Below are positions 13,201 through 24,643 of a stretch of 64,000 nucleotides of DNA, one piece after another (positions within the stretch are counted from its first letter, which is position 1; every line of letters begins with the position of its first letter). Source of the stretch: Octopus sinensis (Eukaryota); contig NC_043000.1 in the NCBI RefSeq assembly GCF_006345805.1, forward strand, positions 60,202,001-60,266,000. Reading direction: 5' to 3'. The position numbers were made by a program, and so were the translations under genes. The notes under the pieces were generated by a model, which was not told the origin of the DNA, made no database searches, and worked only from the letters and a program-made list of their open reading frames with translations.

Positions 13201-13694
13201 TCTATAAAATGAAGAAGGCGAACATTGATACAAATTAGATTTTTATGTAAAAAGGGGTCTAAATGGGGCTGGAAGGGGATTAAAATTTACAGGAGGGGGT
13301 AACTTGAGGTGAGAAATTGATTGGGAGACGTTTTGGGCGCTACAGTGGTTGTTTTGGTGTGAAAATGGGGATTTTATTGATTTTGGGGGACACTTGGGGG
13401 TCTGGATTGGACACCTTTTGCCCAATTTCAATCAAATTTTCAACATGGTAAAGTGGAAGCAGATTTGTAATTTAAGCGTGGAAATCTAATTTTTTATAAA
13501 TGGGAGAGAGATAGAGAGAGAAAGATAGAGAGTAAGAGAAAACGAGGGAGAGTCCGAGTGAAAGGAAGAGTAAGTGAGTGAGAAAGTGAGAGAGAAACAA
13601 AGAGGGAGAATGTGGCGATAAGAAACAGAAAGGAAGCAACAGAAAGTAACAACCACACCCTCACCTGCATGTAGAGCAGGTCACCTTAAGCTAG
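13201..13694 (+). mobile_element. Non-autonomous Helitron
   Basis: A|TC 5' end at 13201, hairpin acctgc-atgtaga-gcaggt at 13663-13681, then CTAG|T at 13691-13694. Confidence 0.6.
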
Positions 13695-13730
<36 letters not shown>

Positions 13731-13765
13731 TATATTCATATAGATATATTTATATATATATTTAT

Positions 13766-13990
13766 ATCATCATCATTTAACGTTCGCTTTCTATGCTAGC
13801 ATGGGTTGGACAATTTTGACTGAGGGCTGGCGAACCAGATGGCTGCACCAGGCTCCAATCTTGATCTGGCAGAGTTTCTACAGCTGGATGCCCTTCCTAG
13901 TGCCAACCACTCCGAGAGTGTAGTGGGTGCTTTTTACGTGCCACCGGCACGGGGGCCAGTCAGGCAGTACTGGGAATGACCTCGCTCGAA
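13766..13990 (-). mobile_element. SINE-like family B with (GAT)n tail
   Basis: catcatcat...ttaacg...tgctagcatgggttggac...ctggatgcccttccta; repeated at 35293, 40850, 43655, 50040 and 56560. Confidence 0.75.
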
Positions 13991-14179
13991 TCTTTTTACA
14001 CATTCTGTTGTGTCTGGGGTGAGTCATTTTCTTTTTGTGCCTTATAATTTAACACACTCACTGGTAAAATTTCCACTTATTTTGATTTTCCTAAAATTTT
14101 TGTTGCAACTTGCAACCTTTTCAATAGTCTTGGCTCTGTCCGTTATTTACACTGCGTTCCTTTTTGTTTGTTTGTGCAT

Positions 14180-14390
14180 GGGTCAGCGTGTGTGTGCCCA
14201 TGCATGCATGCATGTACATATGTATGTATGTGTGTATGTATGTATGTATGTGTGTATGTATACATGTGTGTGTATGCAAATGTATATATGTATGTATGTG
14301 TGTGCATCAGTATGTATGTATTCTGCATATTCATGTGCTTGCATGTCTGTGTTTGTGTATTTTTTATGTATGTTGTATACTGCAAACAGA
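14180..14390. repeat. Compound (TG/TATG)n microsatellite
   Basis: Seen directly; it truncates the adjacent hAT ORF. Confidence 0.9.
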
Positions 14391-15297
14391 TGCAATTTCT
14401 TCTATAATCTCAAAGTTGCAATTAACACCACAAATGAACACAAGAAGTTGTGACATACTAGAGAGATCAGTAGACTCATACATTGCAAGAGAATATTGCA
14501 AAAATTTCTTAGCTTTCTCATGTATCTGTAACTGTATATTCTCTCCAAGTTCTTCTATTCTCTGCACAACTGAACTTGCTGAAAGGCTGATACAGCCAAA
14601 CATGTTAGCTTTTTCAGGAAATAAGTCATTCGCTGCTTCCATCATGCACTCTTTTATAAAGTTTCTGTTAGTAAATGGTTTTCCTTGCTCTGCCAACTTA
14701 TTCACTATTTTGCAACTTACATGAGTGATAGATTCATTTTCAACAAACTTTTTTGTAAAGAAACTCCTTTGAGATTCCAAACTATGTTTCATAGATTCAA
14801 ATTTCTCAGACCGCAATTTTCCAGAATATTTAGAATATGTTGAGAGATGTTTTGCTTCATAGTGACGACAAATATTGTAATGTTTCATAACAGCAACACT
14901 TTTGTTGCATATCAGGCAACTAGCATTCTGGTCATTTGTTTCCCCAAAGAAGTACTTTTCTCCCCATTCTTTATTCGACATTCATCATAAACCTTTCTCT
15001 TCTTAGTAGCCATAATGATGGGTGAAGAAAAAACAAAAGTAGTCTAAGGCCTCGGCATCACATATAGTTTTAATAACTGACTAGCCCGAGGCATACGTGA
15101 TGTACTGTGGTAATTATGGCACTTGAAATACATAGTGCATGATGTGACTGACTCAGTATACATACAACATGCATAATCTAAGAAGTGTAAGAAGCAGTAT
15201 AAAAGCATGCTTATTTTTTTCAGCATACATCAGTGGGCCGGACAAATTGACGTCACAGGCCGAATCTAGCCTGTGGGCTGTAGTTTGGTGACCCATG
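14390..15297 (-). mobile_element. hAT (Buster/Charlie/SPIN-like) transposon, left end plus truncated transposase
   Basis: ORF 14364-14981 has W..KYFF...CLIC...NICRHY (BED-like), GKPFT, and YSLAMYESTD with the first catalytic Asp mutated. Frameshifted start MATKKRK at 15013. Terminal catgggtcaccaaactacagccc at 15297. Confidence 0.9.
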
Positions 15298-15451
15298 TAT
15301 TAATCAATAAAATTCCAACTTAATCTGATTTTCATGTTTTATTATTTGCACTTTTCACAATTTTACAATACTGAAATAAACTAGTACTTTCATGCATTAT
15401 GCAATCATCAGGTTTATGTAGTGACAGTCATGTTCTACAATTGGCAACTAA

Positions 15452-15530
<79 letters not shown>

Positions 15531-15536
15531 ATATAT
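15452..15536. repeat. (TG)n(TA)n(TG)n microsatellite
   Basis: Seen directly. Confidence 0.95.
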
Positions 15537-15677
15537 CAGGGCCATCTTTACAGGCCCCCGGAGCAAATCTCTGCACTGGGTCCTATAATATTTATTGACA
15601 GCAACTTACAGCATACATAAATCAAAATTAGGCCCTTACACTCATGAGACTCCCAGTGTATCTATACTTTAAGATGG

Positions 15678-15709
<32 letters not shown>

Positions 15710-16711
15710 GCAAGAAGTAATTTTGTACATATACAAAGCTAATATGAAATAAACAGAGAAGTGAAAGTTTGTTTAAAAAGGATATGAAACACGAGTTTTA
15801 AATGCTTAAAAATCAATACTAGTCACACATATGCACAAAAAAATAAAACCTTAATCCAATTATTGAGACTATAGAAGACAGAAATAACTAATTTGTTTCT
15901 TCTTTGGTGGCATTCGTAGCAGGTTCAGTGGTTATGCAATCTTAGCTGTTAATAATTGCTTAACAGGGTGCAATGACTTAGGAAATATCGTTCAAAAGGA
16001 TTTTCAAGGACAGCTATTCTAAAAGGCTACCAGAGAAAAACTACAACACAACAAATTGGAAATGACTCGTACACTATGATCACTCCAACTTCTAGAATTA
16101 GTTACTAATTTCAAAGTATACCATACCAACTTAAAAAATCCACAGAACATTGTAATCCCAGACAGATGATCTGAAAATAAAGATGAGGCTGTCATGAATG
16201 GTGAGCTTTGAACATAAGGCTGCTCGATTACGGTTGACATAGGACAAAACAACGTAAATAAACTTGTAGACAAGCAGAACACACAGAGAAAACCATTTAT
16301 GTGTTTGTATGATCAACAAGTATCGATTAACACCTCCTCTAATCTATTATCGGCGAAGTTTCGCTTGTCGTAGCACAACTTTTCCGTCGATTTCCGTAAA
16401 AAACTTTTATTTTTTTACATAAGTAATGAGAGCGAAAGAGACTAAGAGGAAGCGATTTTATGACGAGGGAAGTTTGTCTTTGAAGTTACCGTCTAGGGGA
16501 AGCATTGATGTACATGTGTGTGTGTGTGTTTGATGGGGTGTGGGAGACAGTATGTTGTGTAAGTGAAGTCCTTCTGTTAGTGTGTGTGAAGAGACAGAGA
16601 GAGAGTAATGTGTGAAAGAGAGAGATAACTGAAATTTTTTACTCGGTGTGTGTATATATGTATGTATGTATGTGTGTGTGTGTGTATGTATCTATGTATG
16701 TGTGTGTGTAA

Positions 16712-16759
16712 GTATGTATGGCCGATTCATCGTAATTACGATGAATCGGCCATACATAC
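16712..16759. repeat. Perfect 48 bp palindrome with no spacer
   Basis: gtatgtatggccgattcatcgtaa|ttacgatgaatcggccatacatac, checked base by base. Confidence 0.95.
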
Positions 16760-17271
16760 ATACACACACATACTTACACATATAAAAAGAAAATTTAATC
16801 ATAAACTTGATCGGCTCGCATTTTAGCCACTGCCAGGTAGTGTGTTTAATTTGTTCACTGAACACTGCCACGAATTCCCCCTTGTTTTCAAAAATGCCCC
16901 CTAAATCACAAAATAAGGGAGGCGAGGATGTGCCCTATTTTTCAAATCCTGGCAGCAACACTGAAGCTGGAAGCAGGATAATAATCTAATTCTACACCTT
17001 ATCACATTCAAGAATATAAACACCTTTTTAAGCACAGCATGCACTGAGTCAAAAAGAAACAGTACCTTTCACCTGACACTGTCCTTTACGCAGTGCTCTC
17101 TCTCCCTTGTGTGAAGCTTCCTATCTCAGACATGTGAGCATGTGCACAAACACTGCGTTGCTGGAACTGTGAAGCGAACAGTTCTATACATGAATTTTGG
17201 GGCAGATGTAAAGAATGTAGACTGCACCCCCTTTCATTCTTTTTTTTTACAGACTCCTATTTTCAAGTACA

Positions 17272-18076
17272 GGGATCTTTTCCTTTTGAATTGCAAATCG
17301 AGAAATTAATTTTTTGTAACTAAACACTTTCAAACTTCGAGACACTGATAGAATGTGTCATTTAAAACAACTTTTACTCTTAGTGCTGTTGAGAAAAGTT
17401 TATATTTTCAAAGTTATTTTGTGTTAAAGTAATTGTATTTTGGTAATTTCAACCAATCAATGACGTGTATTCAGCTGAAAAAAATTACTGCCATTGTTTG
17501 TCTACAACAACTATCAGTGGTGTGTATTTCGTTTGTCACTTATTTATGACATCGTGCATTTGTACTGGCTTTAGCTGTAGGGTTAGGGTTTTAGGATTAG
17601 TATTGGGATTTTAGGGTTAGAGTTACAGAAAAAAGTGAAAAATTAAGAAATTGGAGGGGGAGGGGAGCAAAAAGTCTTTCCGAAAATAGTAGCTGAGAAA
17701 CAGGAAAACTAAAAGCAGTAGAAATGCACGAATGATTGTGGTGGTGCCATGAAGTAAAGACGCATCAGAAAAACTCGTTTATTCATACAATTGTAACTGA
17801 GATGAAATATGTCATAAATAACAGTGACAAACGAAATATACACCACTGGAAACAACAGCAGTAATTTTATTCAGCTGAATGCACGTCATTGGTTGGTTGA
17901 AATTACCAAAATATGACAACTTTAACACAAGATAACTTAGAAAATACAAACTTTTCTCAACAACACTAAGAGTAAAAGATGTTTTATATGACACATTCTA
18001 CCAATGTCCGAAGTTTGAAAGTGTTTAGTTACAAAAAATTAATTTCTCGATCTGCCGTTCAAAGGGTAAAGATCAC
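17272..18076. mobile_element. Foldback element, same subfamily as 4884-5634
   Basis: GGGATC...GATCAC ends, TIRs of about 275 bp, and a shared core (tagggttaggg, gattgtggtggtgccatgaagtaaa). Confidence 0.85.
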
Positions 18077-18831
18077 TGTACTTGAAAATAGGAGTCTGTA
18101 AAAAAAAAGAATGAAAGGGGGTGCAGTCTACATTCTTTACATCTGCCCCAGAGATTCTGATTCTATAAACAAAAAAAAAAAGAAAGAAAAAAACTGCATA
18201 TCAAAATTTTAATCCCCACCCCCTCCGTATTTTTCTACATATTTTGCAAAACAAAGAATACTGAAAAAAGTGAAAATTGAAGAATTTGGTGGGGGGAAAA
18301 TTAAAATTTTAAAATGCGTTTTTTTTTTTTTTTGCAAAATCAGAATCTCAGTACACGAAAATAGGGGATTCAGTAAAAAAAACCCAAAAAAACAACCAAA
18401 GTGGGTGCGGTCCACATTCTTTACGTCCGCCGTATAAAGAAAGAAAGAAAAAAAGGACTCATATTGAATGTTATCGATAATATCGAGTGGAAGTAGGGGA
18501 AATACATTAGCCGCCACTGCTGATATGTGATAAAAAGAGCAATAAAAATTTCCGCTACAGACAGCTAATATCAATCACCTAATTAAAAATATTACCGATT
18601 CAATTAAACCACAAAGCTAAAATGAAGGTGTCCATGAGAATAAATTGAATGCCATAGAAAAACAATAGGTATGAGGATATTAAAATGAACTTCATTTCCA
18701 AATTAGGTCTGCAGTCAATTGAACATTTTGGGTTATTTCAACAAGGTTAACTGAAGGCAGGTGACAAGCTGAGGAGGTTAAAGACAATGAAGAATATGAA
18801 ATTTTGTGTTAAGTTCATTATTCCTTTCTGC

Positions 18832-19242
18832 AGATCTTTTCGGTTTGAATGACAGTTTTTAAAATAATTTCTAGGTAACTAAAAAATTTTAAACTTCGTA
18901 TACTGGTAGAATGTGTTTATAAAACATCTTTTTCTCTTGGCGTTATTGAGAAAATTCTATAGTTTGTAAGATATTTGTTGTTTTTTCTCTTCAATTTCTG
19001 CAATTTCAACCAATCAATGACGCCCATTGAGGTAAAAAACATTCTGTGCCATATGAATATGTCCCTCCTTTAAGAAACAGATTGGGTTTATTTACATTTG
19101 TGAAGAAAAAAAGATACCCTTCCCCCCACCCCTAACCCTAAAACAGATTGAAATGCAATAGATCGATACTAGGGTCATAATTATGGGTGACAATTTCATA
19201 TGACACCGCTAGAAAAAACTGCCATTCAAACCGAAAAGATCC
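18832..19242. mobile_element. Short-TIR MITE (monomer form of the foldback family) with an 8-9 bp TSD
   Basis: TIRs gatcttttcggtttgaatgacagttttt / aaaaactgccattcaaaccgaaaagatc, flanked by the direct repeat ctttctgc (18824-18831 and 19243-19250). Confidence 0.85.
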
Positions 19243-20504
19243 CTTTCTGCTAGGCACAAAGCCTGAAATTTGGTGGGATGGGGATAAAATCTTTATTATG
19301 ATTAAACTGATCATACATTACAAGACAAACAAATACAAAAATGTTAAATGAGTTCGAATGAGCATTAAGTTAAAAATTTACTTAAAAATATTTTATGCAA
19401 TGATTAATTTTTACCTTTAACTAGAACTTAAAAACAAAGAAAGAAAACGAATAAAAGTTCAAAAGATCGAACCCAGCAGCCTATAAGGTCTAGCAACTAT
19501 TCCTTTCATCAATGATTAAGCTGGGTTACTAACACCTACCTTTCTCATCACATCCTTCCATCATTTCTCGTATTCACTCGGTGGCAGGGTTTTCCTCTCC
19601 AACCCCATTTTGCTTTTCAGATGGTATCTGAAGTAAGACAGCAAACCGGTTCCAGAGATGAAGGACCCTGTTACATTGGTGGGATGTGGATAGTCGATTA
19701 CATCAACCGGTACTTATTTTATCAACCTCGAAAGGGTGAAAGGTAAGGTCAATCTCGGCTGAAAAGGTTGTATAAGTCATTACTTATTGAAGATGAACAT
19801 TTTATTTTGCTATAGAAAATTGCAATATGGACATAACCACCTAGAAACATCATCAAACATAAGCAATGATTTTGCATTTGACAAAGAGTCTTTAACATCT
19901 GTGTGAAGTATATCTACCGCACTTTTATACCTTATCGAGCACTTTAGGGAAACCATTTCTTGAACTACCGCTACTTGTCAGTAAGCCAAACTTTCATCTT
20001 GTGTTTATGGGACCAGGCAGATTTTCTGCGCCATCTTTTAAAATACTGCAGTTTGAACAATCGATTTGAGAAAGTATAAAGGCCTTTCTTTGTATGCTGT
20101 TGTTGACATTGAAACAGAGCTGACAATTTTGAGTTTGACAATTCCTTTCAAGACTGAAGAACTTGCTTTTATTGAAGTTTATGTAGGAAAATGATTCGAA
20201 AGTTTGCCATCAGAAAATGATAATACAATAAAATATACCAATGGGCAAGAGTTTAATTGACGAGGTTATAACTCTAGTGCCACTATTATATTCCTCCATC
20301 AGAAGCAAAATGCGAGCAATTTGACATTAGAAGGGATAGGCGAATGTTTTTTGACATGTTCGCAGTGAACACAACTTCATTTCAATATGTGTATTGAAAA
20401 ATGTAATATCTTTCTTAAGTCTCATAGCTGGGGCACCCAAAAATACTAGGAAAAATATTAGCATAAATTACAACAGGTGTTTTATAGTTCTTTTAGCTAC
20501 TTTT

Positions 20505-21254
20505 GGGATCTTTTCCTTTTGAACGGCACTTTTCAACACAATTTCTAGTTAACTAAACACTTATAAACTTCGTATACTGGTAGAATGTGTTTATAAAACA
20601 TCATTTTTTCTTGGCTTTGTTGAGAAAATTCTATATGTTGTAAGATATTTCGTCTTTAATTTCGAGCATTTCGGCAATTTTAACCAATCGCTTATGTCCA
20701 TTTAGGTAAATAACTTTCTGTGCATAATGAATATGTCCCTCCTTTAAGAAACAGATTGGGTTTATTTACATTTGTGAAGAAAAAAGATATCCTTCCCCCA
20801 CCCCTCACCCTAAATCCCGGAACATGGGATTTTTTTCTAGCGGTGTCAAATGAAAATGTCACCCATAATTATGGCCCTATCGATCTATTGCATTTCAATC
20901 TATTTTAGATTTAGGGTTAGAGTTAGGGTTAGAGTTAGGGTTAGAGTTAGGGTTAGTTAGGGGAAGGGTATCTTTTTTTCTTCACAAATGTAAATAAACC
21001 CAATGTGTTTCTTATACGAGGGACATATTCATTATGCACAGAATGTTATTTACCTAAATGGACGTTAGCGATTGGTTAAAATTGCCGAAATGCTCGAAAT
21101 TAAAGACGAAATATCTTACAACCTATAGAATTTTCTTAATAAAGCCAGGAGAAAATGATGTTTTATAAACACATTCTACCAGTATACGAAGTTTAAAACT
21201 TTTTAGTTACCTAGAAATTATGTTACAAAGTGCCGTTCAAAAGGAAAAGATCCC
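20505..21254. mobile_element. Foldback element with arms of about 300 bp and an (AGAGTT/AGGGTT)n tract
   Basis: GGGATC...GATCCC ends; the arms are homologous to 18832-19140; telomere-like array at 20911-20960. Confidence 0.85.
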
Positions 21255-22079
21255 TTTATTTAGATCAACTTATAAGTTTGCTCGCACCCATTACTGTCAA
21301 ACTAGGACGAAGGACTAGAACAACTTTATTAGTTATACGATTGACACTAACGAACATATGGTACCTTTTCTGTCCTGATGCATAGTCTGTTTTGTGAAAA
21401 CGCCCAGGAAACTATTTTCGCGCTACACCAGTACAGATGCGAATTAAAATTCTGTTCCTTTGTCCACTCTGGATTGAATTTCACATCAACTTTGCTTGGT
21501 GCAGGCATTTTAAAAGCTAATCATGGTTACACTCTAGTAGGGTATCATCTAATATTCTCTCTCATACCTACGACGTTTTGAATTTAGCAGCACACACACA
21601 TTGGTTATACATTGAAAAGCAAGCCATGTTTAGGCCAAAAACAGTTTAGTGTATTACTAGGGTTGTTAAACTGGTATTAATAACATTTGTTACGTTGTGT
21701 TACGTTCATAATGACTATACGAACATTGGTTTTAATTCTCATACATTTTTATTAAGCTGGAACATTTGCTTTTAAATGTAGACAACAGTTGAGTAAATAG
21801 AACAGCATTCAAAAAATATATCAAATAGAAAAAATACAAGTTTCACTGCATATATTACTGAATAATAATACGAAGATATTTCATAGTTATTGAGAACAAA
21901 TTAAGTAGAAAGAATGACACCGTTTAATTATATAGCTTCTGGATAGCACCAGTTCTGTCGGGGTGTTTTTATAACGCCAAATAGATTCAAGAATGTTTAT
22001 TTAGGTTGTTTGGCGGGAAGATTCCAGCTCACTTGCTAAATACCACTGATCTGATTGGCCTAATCATGTTCGCTTAGAT

Positions 22080-22549
22080 CAGGGGGTCACCAGACTTTTT
22101 TCACGGCGGGCCACATAACCATTTTGTTCAATATAATACAGTAAATACACAAAAAATAAAGACAACCAGCACATTTATTTACTAAAAAGTTATCAAAGAA
22201 GGCGACGTTAGAAAGAATATAGTTATATCACACCCAGTGTGTACATATCGAAATCTCACAAGCTAAGCAGCAATAAAGGTTAGTGAGATTTGTGAAATAG
22301 GTGTTTAGCTTTGAAATATCAATTTTTGCTTTGGAATTGCTGCATCCAACCAAGAGAATTACTTTCAAATGTTCGTCAGTCAACCTCGTTCGATGTGCTG
22401 ACTTCACATACCTTCATTTCTGAAAATGTTTGCTCACAGACACAAGTTGTCCCAAACGCTGATGCCAAACAAGAGATAAACGAACTCTTATTGCAGGTAC
22501 TAACACAAAAGGTACAGTGCGGCGGCGGGCCGTAGTTTGGTGACCCATA
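22080..22549 (-). mobile_element. Internally deleted hAT (Buster group) with TIRs and an 8 bp TSD
   Basis: Ends cagggggtcacc / ggtgacccata; TSD gcttagat / gcctagat with central TA. The minus strand encodes a frameshifted C-terminal dimerisation region (SAFGTTCVCEQTFSEMK...RTRLTDEHLK). Confidence 0.9.
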
Positions 22550-24062
22550 GCCTAGATGTTAATGTTTTTTATGGCGACAGAATTTTAATTTTTCGTAACT
22601 TGCCTTGCTTTTTATGACAGAATGGTAGTCTTGGTCCTGAGCCTATTTTACAAACTCGGAAAGAACCTAAAGACAGTTCGAATCAAGGAACTGCTGGTGG
22701 AACTTCACAAAGAGAATAGTGGAACATGATAAATATCGTAAGTGTAGAAGAATTTGTAACATGGGTGGATAGCGAATGTTGGAAATTTCTGGGTGATGCG
22801 GGGTTTACAAGCCTGCTGTTATGTCTTGTAAAGATAGCAAAACAATGAGCAATTACCACAGAATGATTAGCATGTATGATTGTGAACATGTGGAATTTTA
22901 AGAGGGTGCTTTCAAATAATAAACAAAGATGCAAATAGAAAGTATATAACAAAGAATAAGATATGATAAATAGCTAATTCTATATTCAGTTTTATGCAAA
23001 CAATTCTGGGTTTCTGTTTTTAATAAAACAATTTTCCTTCATATCATAGAAAAAACTATTTGCTTTCCCACGGATTCTTCCGCCGAATTTGTCAGATAAA
23101 TTCAGAGAAAATCATTTTTTATGCATAAAGTTAAATAGAGCCAGTCATTTTGTACTTGCCATTATTCTTCAGATTTTTGGCATTATGTGCTGTTATAATT
23201 CAGAGAAGACCAAAAGCTAAGATCGTATTTTTGCTTAGAATGCAACTTTTGATTCATTGTATTGTTATTTTTATGTAACTTCCTTGGATGTTGAATCTTT
23301 TAATTATTGATTGCCAAAGAAGTATAAATTTCACACACACACACACACGTGTGTGTGTGTGTGTGTGTGTGTGATGTGGCCAAATGCTTTGTTCTACAAC
23401 CCTACCGCAAATGTCATTTTCTGTAGCTTCGGGTCCACCAAATACCGTGTGAGTGGAATTGGATAAATGGAAACTGTATAGAAATCCGTAGAATGGATTG
23501 CACTTGTATTTCAACTGCATAGATAGCCTTGAAACAATGTCACGCTGACTCTGTTGGAGAATGACGTCAAGGGTACATGAATACTCAACAACTTACACGC
23601 TAATTTAATTGAGCAGGTAAATCGGTTGATCGGATAACAAAATCCTCTTAGTCGACACCGATGGAGACCCATCTCTTTCTCCCTTCCTCTCTTCACACAC
23701 ACACACACGTTTGTCTGAGCTATATAATTGTTAATCATGGTGATTAATTTGCTTAAAGTCTTGAATGAATTCCTTCCTATATAACAGATCACAACTAGCA
23801 GCAGTCGATAATGAAAGCTAGGACTGATGTCATTAAAGGCACTTTGAAGTTCTGACGAGGACTGTGATGAGATTCATTGGTCTGTTTTAGCTTTCACAGC
23901 TAAGACTATACTGAAACATCGAAGAAAAGAAAATGTTTCATTTCTATTCTTTGTTTAATATCCAGCTGTTGTTTAACCCTGGGCGACTCTGATTCAGATC
24001 AAAAGCATTCCAATTGTCTTTTAGGAGTTGTTAGGACTACATTATAGAATTTTTAAAAAATT

Positions 24063-24643
24063 GTTTCAGTCAATCAGACTGTGGCCATGCTGGGGCACCG
24101 CCTTGGAAATTTTAGTTGGAACTAATCAACCCTAGGAATTTTTTTTTTCAAACCTGGTACTTTCAAGCTGTCTCTTTTGCCGAACCGCTAAGTTACAGAG
24201 AAGTAAACACATCAGAACCGGTCATCAAATGGTAGAGGGTGACAAACACACACACACACATATATATATACAAAGGGGTGCTGAAAAGTTCCTGGCTTTG
24301 GATAAAAGAAAATACAAGAGGATCAGTTAATTATGATTTTAATCAACATACTCTCCTCGCAGATTCACACTTATTGCAGCAGTCCTTCAGTTTTTCTAAG
24401 CCCTGTAAAAGAACTCAGAAGGTTGGGCCTCCAACCAGGTCTTTCGTGACACCCTTAAAACCAGGAACTTTTCAGCACCCCCTCGTGTGTGTATGACGGG
24501 CTTCTGTCAGTTTACCAAATCCACTCATAAGGCTTTGATCAACCCGAAGCTATAGCAGAAGACACTTGCCCAAGGTGCCACGCATTAGGACTGAACCCAG
24601 AACACATAGTTGGGAAGTAAACTTCATACCACGCAGCTACGCC
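24063..24643 (-). mobile_element. SINE family A interrupted by a mariner MITE
   Basis: Family A sequence on both sides of 24271-24485. Confidence 0.8.
24271..24485. mobile_element. Mariner-like MITE
   Basis: TIR caaaggggtgctgaaaagttcctgg / ccaggaacttttcagcaccccctcg, inserted in a (TA)n tract; second copy at 32926. Confidence 0.8.

Noticed and set aside
23853-23885. CTGACGAG hammerhead-like core; similar partial cores at 22363-22379 and 31624
   Set aside because: No correctly placed stem II plus GAAA; the 22363 case is transposase coding sequence.
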